Part shown: one piece after another, positions 24,797-35,671 of the stretch
How positions within the stretch are numbered: the first letter of the stretch is position 1
Layout of the letters: each line of letters starts with the position of its first letter
NCBI RefSeq assembly: GCF_001194135.2
Contig: NC_069005.1
Location: 30,862,991 to 30,926,990, forward strand
Length of the DNA: 64,000 nt
Direction of reading: 5' to 3'
Origin: Octopus bimaculoides
Taxonomy: Eukaryota
Translations under genes and position numbers: made by a program
Notes under the pieces: model-generated
What the model saw: the letters and a program-made list of their open reading frames with translations, nothing else
What the model was told of the DNA's origin: nothing
The model's database searches: none

Positions 24797-25485
24797 GCAG
24801 CGGCAGTGAGTGCTACGAAGTTATATGAAGAAAGATGGGTTTTCATGTTATATCATTTGTTTGCCTTTGTTTCTCTGTGGCCGCGATGTGTACATTTGTG
24901 TCTATATATGCATCTATGTTGTGTGTGTGTGTCTGTTTACATATATGTGTATGTATCTGTGTGTGATTGTGTGTGTTTACATATGTGCGTACATTTGTGT
25001 GTATATATATATTTGTGTTTGTTCGTGTGTGTGTGTGTGTGTGTGTGTATACTTTTGCTTGTGTGTATATAGTATATATTTTTGTGTATTTTGGTCTCTA
25101 TGCATTTATCTGTATATTTGTGTGTGTGTGTGTGTATTTGTGTGTATGTATTTTGTTTGTTTGTGTGTATGTATACATATATATTTTTGTGTGTGTGTAT
25201 GTATGGATATATTTTTGCATGTTTATGTGTGTGTGTGTGTATATATTTTTGTGTGTGTTTGCGTCTGCATATGTATGTGCATGATTTTGCGTTTGTGTGT
25301 GTGTGTATATATATTTTTTATGTGTTTGGGTGTGTTTGTGACACACTTTGATGTTATATTGTAGATTTTGTTTGTGTGTGTGTGTGTGTGTGAGCATGTC
25401 TCCATCCAATACTATACATATGTATATATTTCTGTGTTTGCATGTATATATGTTTGTGTGTGACACTTCAATGTTATATTGTCGG

Positions 25486-25543
<58 letters not shown>

Positions 25544-25644
25544 NNNNNNNNNNNNNNNNNNNNNNNNNNNNNNNNNNNNNNNNNNNNNNNNNNNNNNNNN
25601 NNNNNNNNNNNNNNNNNNNNNNNNNNNNNNNNNNNNNNNNNNNN

Positions 25645-25704
<60 letters not shown>

Positions 25705-25712
25705 ACAAGTAG

Positions 25713-25743
<31 letters not shown>

Positions 25744-26113
25744 ATAAGTAGATCTATGTCTCCGTTGCTTTCTGTATTGACGTCACAGTTTGCAATTAAG
25801 AACTGCAGCAGCAGCAACTGTTGATGGCAACCAACGCTTTAGGTGCTTTTACATACACACACACATACACACATACATACATACATACATACACACATAC
25901 ATCCATACGTACGTACATACACACATACATCCATACGTACATACATACATACATACATAACTCATACATACATATGTGTGTATGTATGTATATATATTTA
26001 TATGTATTCTTGTACATATATATGTACATACATATACATCATATACATGTGTGTATATATTAATACACGTGTATATATGTACACACATATGTCTCTCTCT
26101 CTCTCTCTCTCTC

Positions 26114-26194
<81 letters not shown>

Positions 26195-26359
26195 GTGTTT
26201 ATGTGTATATCTATCTTTAGATAGATAGATGATATTTCTATTGAATTGTATAAAATTCTTTATATAACTCATCTTTATATCGAGTCCGCCATTGACTCTT
26301 CGTCCTCTTGAATGAAATCCACGACCGTCTCGTTATTGTCCATTCATGTGTGTGTATGT

Positions 26360-26405
<46 letters not shown>

Positions 26406-27751
26406 TCACACACCCACATATATATGTCCACATACGCACACATGAATGGACACTATATATCATCTTGATGATGATACATCCATGCATTCATATATATATA
26501 GGTGCAGGAGTGTCTGTGTGGTCAGTTGCTTGCTTACCAACCACACGGTTCCAGGTTCAGTCCCCTTACTATAGCCTCGGGCCAACCAAATTTATCCACA
26601 ACAATTGGGGCTGTAGTAGAAGTCACTTGCCCAATATGCTTTTCAGCGGGACCGAACCTAATCCCATGTGGTTGCAAACCAAGCCTCTTAACCACATCTT
26701 TTCTTTCTTTTTTCCTGAGAAATGACCAACCCATCACTGCAATAATAAAAATAACCTTTTCCCTTACCCTTTCATTTTTCATGTCTTTCATTAATTCTTC
26801 CCTTTTGTTCATGCTCTCATTCTATCCCCTCACATCCTACCCTGCTGCTGTTGCACAGACATGAAGCATTTCATTTAATCTCTTCTTTACCGTTTTCTTT
26901 ATTACAGGAAGCTACATGAGGTGGATCATAATAAACCTTTATCAGTTTATGTGGGACATGATTCCTTACAGTCAATTGGTAAATTTCATACACTTGTTTT
27001 TTATCTCTATTTATTTGGTTCTCTCCTATATGTACATACACTGCATCCTGTAGCAGAAACAACTGTAAGCTATTGAATGTCATTACATAATTTCTATTCC
27101 CTTGTTCATCACCACCATCATCATCATCATTTAATGTCTGTTTTCCATGCTGGCATGGGTTGGATGATACAGCAGGAGCTAGCTGGCTAGAGAGTTGGCC
27201 AGGCTCTGATTGTCTGTTCTGGCATTTTTCCGACAACTGGATGCCCTTCTTAATACCAGCCGTATTACAAGAGCATGCTGGATGCTTTTTATGTGCCACC
27301 TGAACAGGTGGCACTGGCATGAGTACATGTTATGTGGCACTGGCATGAGTACATGTTATGTGGCACTGGCACTTTGAAATAGCTGCTACTTTTAGAGGGG
27401 CCACATTTATATAAATGATTTGTGAACATGCGCCCATTGCTTTATAATCACTAAACAAGATAAATGAAATCATATTAAGTAACGGCTACCAAAATATATC
27501 CATCTTCAACAAAAAAAAAGGTCCTAACTCAAAACATGAAAAACAACTACCAATTCCACGCGGGTGGGGGTGGGGGGGAATCATTGGCATCCACCAGAAT
27601 TGAACTACTACCAACCAAATTAAACCTACAGTACATATACACTTATATACACACAAACACATACACACAAAAGACCCAAATAAAATAAAAACCTTGATCA
27701 AAAACATGCACACACAAATTTCGAAACTATTTTCTTGACCAAAACGAAATT

Positions 27752-27788
<37 letters not shown>

Positions 27789-30700
27789 ATAGAAGCATAA
27801 ACAAAGATACCCATGAAGAATTACTCAACCATGAATCCTTATACCAGCGCCAATGAAACACTCTCCACATTTTTCTATGAACAAATATCTCCTAATGAAA
27901 AAAAAACAAGGCTGACACAACACACACACACATATACATACATTACATACATAGACACATACATATCTACACACACACACACACACACACATTCTTCACA
28001 AACAATTAACACTGACAAATTTAAGAGATTATTTCAGCAAATACACAAGAGACCAAAAGCGAATACCCTCCTAAAAAGAAAAAAAAAATCATTGAAAATA
28101 AAACGATAAAACAAAATACAAAACTCTTAAACATGACCCTATCGAACAAATTCAAGCAAAAATAATAAAGACTGGGACACAAAAAGAAATAAAAAAAAAA
28201 AACAAAGCAGCCAATCAGGAGATATAAAGACATCAACCAACCAACCAACAAAAAAAAATAAACATAAAAGAACAAACCAATCAGCAGACACAAACAAAGG
28301 ACTCAAACCCACACTGGTTTCAGTCATTGGATTGCAGCCATGCTGGAGCAACTAATGTGTGGATGTGTTCTACTACGAGTTCGTCCATTGTTGTCGACAA
28401 TAAGCAAGGGCATCACATGAAAGAAGAAGATGGGTTGCAATGTCTTTGGCTGTGGCCGACCAGTCCGATGTGTGCTCAAAAGGTTTTGCTGGTGGTCAGC
28501 TGGGGCTGAAAGCAAAAAGTTAGCTCTGGACTTGTAATGTTTGCATTTTCTTTGTGTCCCTGCAATCCTGTTCTGTTCGTAGGAGGTGGCATCTCCATTG
28601 GAGCAGTTTCACCAGGCAGGACAATCTTGTGCTTGCATTTCCCCAAGTGTTGGGGGTTGATCTCAAAGCTCTTCAGTGGGGCCCTGAATGTATCCTGAAA
28701 GAGCTTTTTATGCCCACTGTACGTGGGCTTGTCTTCTGCCAGTTCACTTTGCATTTCCCAAGTGATGGGGTTTGCTTGCAACCCTCAACAAAAACATGTC
28801 TGGGCTGTTCGTTGTTTGATAGGCTGGGCAATTACTGTCTTAATTAGTAACAAGTGAGGGTTGGCATCAGGAAGGGCATCTGGCACTGGAAATTCTACCT
28901 CGACAAAGTCTAGCCAGGAAAAGTAGACGCTAAGATTGTGATGATGGTGATGATGATCGGTATATAATTTCTATAAAAATAATAAATATATATGAGTGTG
29001 TATAAATGTATATATATATATGAGTGTGTATAAATGTAAATATATATGTGTGTATATACATATATAATATATATACACACATGTATATAAATACACATCT
29101 TTATATATATATAAATATATATATGTGCGTATGTGTAAATAGATATGTATATATGTGTGTGTACGGGTGGATGGCTTGTGTCTAGCTCGGTGTATATATG
29201 TATATATATATATTTATATATATATATATATATATNNNNNNNNNNNNNNNNNNNNNNNNNNNNNNNNNNNNNNNNNNNNNNNNNNNNNNNNNNNNNNNNN
29301 NNNNNNNNNNNNNNNNNNNNNNNNNNNNNNNNNNNNNNNNNNNNNNNNNNNNNNNNNNNNNNNNNNNNNNNNNNNNNNNNNNNNNNNNNNNNNNNNNNNN
29401 NNNNNNNNNNNNNNNNNNNNNNNNNNNNNNNNNNNNNNNNNNNNNNNNNNNNNNNNNNNNNNNNNNNNNNNNNNNNNNNNNNNNNNNNNNNNNNNNNNNN
29501 NNNNNNNNNNNNNNNNNNNNNNNNNNNNNNNNNNNNNNNNNNNNNNNNNNNNNNNNNNNNNNNNNNNNNNNNNNNNNNNNNNNNNNNNNNNNNNNNNNNN
29601 NNNNNNNNNNNNNNNNNNNNNNNNNNNNNNNNNNNNNNNNNNNNNNNNNNNNNNNNNNNNNNNNNNNNNNNNNNNNNNNNNNNNNNNNNNNNNNNNNNNN
29701 NNNNNNNNNNNNNNNNNNNNNNNNNNNNNNNNNNNNNNNNNNNNNNNNNNNNNNNNNNNNNNNNNNNNNNNNNNNNNNNNNNNNNNNNNNNNNNNNNNNN
29801 NNNNNNNNNNNNNNNNNNNNNNNNNNNNNNNNNNNNNNNNNNNNNNNNNNNNNNNNNNNNNNNNNNNNNNNNNNNNNNNNNNNNNNNNNNNNNNNNNNNN
29901 NNNNNNNNNNNNNNNNNNNNNNNNNNNNNNNNNCTATTAACTCTCACCTGTGTCCAGGAAAATTTGCTGCAAGAAATTTCGCTGTATAAGAAAATTTGTC
30001 ATAAGGCAAATTCACTGGAAGTGTATAATATCGAAAGAAAAAAATTATAAAAAAGATTTATAAAAGCATTAAATAATGAAGTCTTTATTCAACATCAAAC
30101 ATAAAAAAAAATGTGATGAGATTATTTAAAACAAAATTTCGCATGATAAATTTTCCTACAACAAAAATGTTTACAATGAAATTTCCTGGAAAGCACAGGC
30201 ATAGACCAATGGGTGCAGGAGTGGTTCCCAATCTCATGGTTCCAGGTTCAGCCCCACTGCATAGCACCTTGGGCAAGTGTTTTCTATTATAGCCTCAGGC
30301 TAACCAAAGCCTTGTGAGCAGATTGGATATGGTTAATCAGAAGCATCAGGCCCGTAGGTTGACAAGATCCCTTAGCACATCAGACAAAGACACCTTGCAG
30401 TACTATTTAACTGCTGCTCTTTACATCCTCAGTTCAGCTCCCACTGGTGTCAGCTTTACCCTTCACCCCTCCTGGGTTGATAAGATGAAGTACCAGTCCA
30501 GAACTGGGTCATCGACTGCTTGCGTTGGTTGACCACGTACCACATGGTCGTGACAGATGAGGAGGTATTTTGTGGAGATGGGGGACGACTGATATTCTGC
30601 TCAACTGATCACCCAGGAGGACCTGGGGATACACCAACAAATAGTGAATGCAACAGCACTTGCCCCCCCCCNNNNNNNNNNCCCACGCTTGACCTGGCCT

Positions 30701-31312
30701 GATCTGACCTTGAACTGAATCCAGTGGTTTCATCTAAGCTCCTCTTCTAGAATATTTAGTTATAGCTCTTTACATTCCGAGTTCAAATCCCACAAGGGTC
30801 AATTTTACTTTTCATCCTCACCAAGGTCAGTAAAATAAAGTATCAGCCCAGTACTGGGATCGGTGGTTTCAACTAAACCCCCTCCCCTCAAAATCATTGG
30901 CCTTGTACTTAAATCAGAAATCATTATTATAAGAAGCTACAGAATTTATCATTGATCTATTGGCAATTCTTATGTTCAATCAATTCCTCTTTCATATGAA
31001 GCTACATGCACTTGGAAGTCCAGTGTCTTAACCCAGGTCAATATTTATCTCCCGTCTGCTAATTTATTTAGAAAGCCAACTGTTACCCACAAATAAATTT
31101 ACAAACTTTCTGGTATTCTACATTGTAAGAAATTCTCCAGCTTCATTATTCTCTTTTAGCTCCTCATCACAATGTTTCAAGCAAGCTACAATGTTCATAT
31201 ATGTGTGTGTGTGTGTGTGTGCTGATTGCTACTTCTTGTCAGATGAGTGCCATCTCATCACTGAACACTGCACAATCATGTGCAAAACTTTAGATTCTAA
31301 AAAATACATGTG

Positions 31313-31343
<31 letters not shown>

Positions 31344-32750
31344 GCGCACACACACACATACACACACACACACAGAGTGGACNNNNNNNNNNCACACACA
31401 CATGCACACACACACACAGAGTGGACCTCTACACGACCTCTACACAGTTTCTGACAGCCAAATTCCTCATACAAGGCATTGATTAATTTGAGGCTGTGGT
31501 TGAAGACACTAGTGGTATTCTGTGATTACGAACCAGTATGTTGTTTGTACGTATGTGTGTGTGTGTGTGTGTTTGCTTGTTTCTTCTCTGTTTCTCAGTA
31601 AAACCCCTCCACTAAATAATTTTTTTTTCTCATCTATTTTAGGCCATTTGATACCCAGTGGACAAGATTCCAGAGAAATGCAAAACAAGTACGTTGTTCT
31701 CTCTTCTTTGTTGTTGTTTAACCACAGGTCAGTCTTGAATGAGCAGAGGAGTCCAGAATCTACTCAGAAAGTTTTTGTCAGCCCGAGGCTATAGTAGAAG
31801 GCACTTGCCCAAGGTGCCCCCAAAGTGGGACTGAACCTGGGACCATGTGGTTGGGAAGCAAGCGTCTTACCACACAGCATCGCCTGCAGCTAATTATTAA
31901 ACTATTAATGTTCCCTCTGAGTATTCTACTAGCCAGCCACATGTTGGAAGCTATTGAACTAATGACCATGATTGATGTTCAAATGTTGGGCCTCATGGAG
32001 GCAATGACAAATGATCGAGAACTTTGGGTAATATACTTTTCAAGGTTGATTAAATAAGTACCAGTTACGCACTGGGGTTGGTATAATCCGTTTGTGTCCT
32101 TGTTTGTCTCCTCTGTGTGTAGCCCCTTGTGGGCAGTAAAGGAATAAGAAACCATGCTAAATCAGACTGGAACTTGGTGCAGCTCTCCGGCTTACCAGGT
32201 TTCAGTCAAACTGTCCGACTCATGCCAGCATGGAAAGCAGACATTAAATGAAGATGATGATGATGATGATGATGATGAACAACATCAACAACAACAGTAG
32301 ATACTTTGACTACCTCTAAAAAAAAAAAATCATCCTGTTGTCAATGAGGTAGCTGCTCTTCGGAAACCTCACGAGCTAATTGCACCAACAAATTGATTAT
32401 ATATAAGATAGTACAGCTGTTTATGTTGTTGTCAGGGAGTTCGTCCATTTAAGTGCACAGCTGCTAACCAACCACATTGATAATGGCTGTTGTATGTAAT
32501 GATTCTACCCGCAGGGAACAGCTGTTGACAGCAGTCATTAACAAAAATGTTTTCAAAGGAATTTTATACGTAACTGATCAAATTGCAAATCCTGTTGCCA
32601 ATGGTTTTACATCTAAATTTTGTGATATGTCTTCTTCTGGGAGTTTGATTTGAATTACTCAGTTAACTTCTCTTCTTACTTTGGTGTTGTGGTTTGGGAT
32701 GTTGAAAGCCTGCATTAGAAATAAAAAAAAGCTATGACTACAAAAATAGT

Positions 32751-32828
<78 letters not shown>

Positions 32829-33053
32829 CACATACACATGCATGTGTGTGTGTGTATATGTCTGTATGTATGTCTATGAGTGTGTGCATAAATATTGTGT
32901 GTGTCTATCTGTCTATGTTTGTTTGTATGCATGCTTGCTTGCACAATAAATCAATATACTTATCTGTCTATCCTTTTATCTATCTGTCTATCCATCCATC
33001 CATCTATCTTATTTATCTATCCATCTGTCTGTCTGTCTGTCCATCTATCTATC

Positions 33054-33133
<80 letters not shown>

Positions 33134-35617
33134 AATCTATCTATCTGTCTACCTACCTATCCATCCATCCATCCATCTATCTATCTACTTATCTATCTAT
33201 TATTCAACCAACCACTCGTATGTCTACCATTTCTGGAACAGGCACACTGTATTCCTGAAGGTTGCAGAAGGCAAATAAAAGCATTGACGTCAGGAAGGAC
33301 ATCTGATCGCAAAACACCTTCTCAAAAAGATCCTTCTTAATTCATGCTGGCATAATAAGATCCCCATAAGTACAATGACAACAATAACAATGAAGATGAT
33401 GATGGTTACAATGTGGCTGTGTGGTAAGAAGCTTGCTTCCCAACCACATGGTTCCGGGTTCAGTCCCACTGTGTGGCACCTTCAGCAAGTGTCTTCTTCC
33501 TATAGCCTTGGGCTGACAAAAAGCCTTGTGAATGGATTTGGTAGACGGAAACTGAAAGAAGCCCATCGTATATATTATATATATATTGAGAGAAAACAAG
33601 AAGAAGAAAATGAAGAATAAATGGATGTAATTACTAATTTATTTGTAAGTTACAAAAAGATGACATGTTTTAAAATAAAAATGCTGTTGCTGCTGATGAT
33701 GATGGTGATGATGATGATGATGATGATGATGATGGTTGTGACGAGGTGTTATCTATTTTATGTTCAGCTGTAAAAAATTTTTTGATTTTTAAAAAATCTC
33801 CCATTACATCTTTTAAATACATTCTCTTCATTTTTCAGAAGCCTCGTTGAAAATTTTGAATTTGTCTTCACCAAATATTTCCCACAAGAGGTTTGTCTAA
33901 TTCCCTCCGGTTTTACATTTTTGTATCTTTTGACATGCTGTTTTGCCATCTTCTTTCTGTGTACATACGTACGTGTATATGTGCGTGCGTGTGTGTGTGT
34001 GCTATTCTTGTGTTTTTTCTTGTTGTTGGTTATAATTGTTGTCTTGCTTTTAAATCATTACTCATAACCATTAGAAGCTCCATATGGAAAAATGGTTCCA
34101 TGAGACCAATATTCTTCATCGGTTAACTCATTTCCAGTAGATCACTCTATTCAAGAGTGTTTTCAAGCATTATTATTGCAAAGATTGGAAAAAATGTGAT
34201 CTTCTTTTGTTTTTAACTCCTTCGTTACTATATCTCTAATGAAATACACTCTCTTTGTTTGAATTAATTTTGAAATTAATGAAGAATCTAGTAAAATAAC
34301 TTTGTCATTATTAAACTGGTGTTTGGAACATGAATTAAACATGAAATTTTGATGGAAGATTTTAATTCAGTTTACTTTAAGACAGAAAGTTTATAACATA
34401 ATACCAGGGGCAATATCAAATAGGTTACTATCAAAAGACTTAACCCTTTTGTTACCATTTTTCTGTTGAAAAATAATGCCTGTGTTTCAATTAATTTTGA
34501 AAATATAAATTTAGCAAAATAGCTTTGTTGTTATTAAGTTGCTTTTTGAAATATAAATTAACATAATAAATTAACATGAAATTTTGATTTAAAGTCTATA
34601 CTGAGATCGCTTTAAAACAGGAAGTTTGTAACATAAAACCAGGAACAACCTCAGGCAGGTTGGTAGCATATTTCTGTTGGAATGCACTGCTTTTCTTTCA
34701 ATTAATTTTGAAAATTGTGAAGAATATAAAATAATTTTGTCGTTATTAAGTTGGAACATAAGGTAACATGAAACATTCAGAACATAAAGTAACAAGAAAT
34801 TTTGATGGAAGGTTTAAACCCTTTTGTTACCATATTTCTGTTGAGATGCTCTGTGTTTCTTTCGATTAATTTTAAATATAACAAAGAATTTAATAAAATA
34901 ACTTAGTTATCATTAAGCTAGTGTTAGGAACATAAATTGTCAGTAAGGTTTGGTGGAAGATTTTAATTCAAAGCTTATGAAAACAAGACATTTGTTCTAC
35001 AAATCCAGAGGTGGTTTCAGCCGGGTTGGTATCAAAAGGGTTAAAAATATCATGGTGATGTTAATCTTTTGCTGAACCACTAAGTTATAGGGACATAAAC
35101 ACACCAACACCAGTTGTCAAGTCCTCAGCATACTTTGTTCTTAAACTTCAGTTTCTACACATCATTAACTCTGATATTTTGTTTCTGTATTTCTTTCCCT
35201 ACAGAAGTCTGCAGACCCCCAAACTGCTGCCGATCCCTCACAAGAACCCCAGTTTAAGGAACACGATATTGACATACTGAAGAGGCAAAAAGATCAGGTA
35301 AGTTTGGTATTCTTAAGCCAGACTTTTACTATCGTATTTGTATTTCATGTGTGTGTCTGTGTGTCTCAAAGAAACGATCAAAGGACTGTCCCCTGCCAAG
35401 GGCTCAAAGTCTAGTTTCCCGGATTCTGTGGAGCATACATTCCATACTGGATGAAACGCCAGTCTGTCACAAGATTAGCCACTTTTGCCAGCTGAGCAAA
35501 CTGGAGCAACATGGAATGAAGTATTTTGCTCAAGAGCTCAATGCATTGCCCAATCCAGGAACTGAAACCACAATCTCATGGTCATGAGTGCAACACCCTA
35601 ACCACTAAGCCACATGC

Positions 35618-35671
<54 letters not shown>

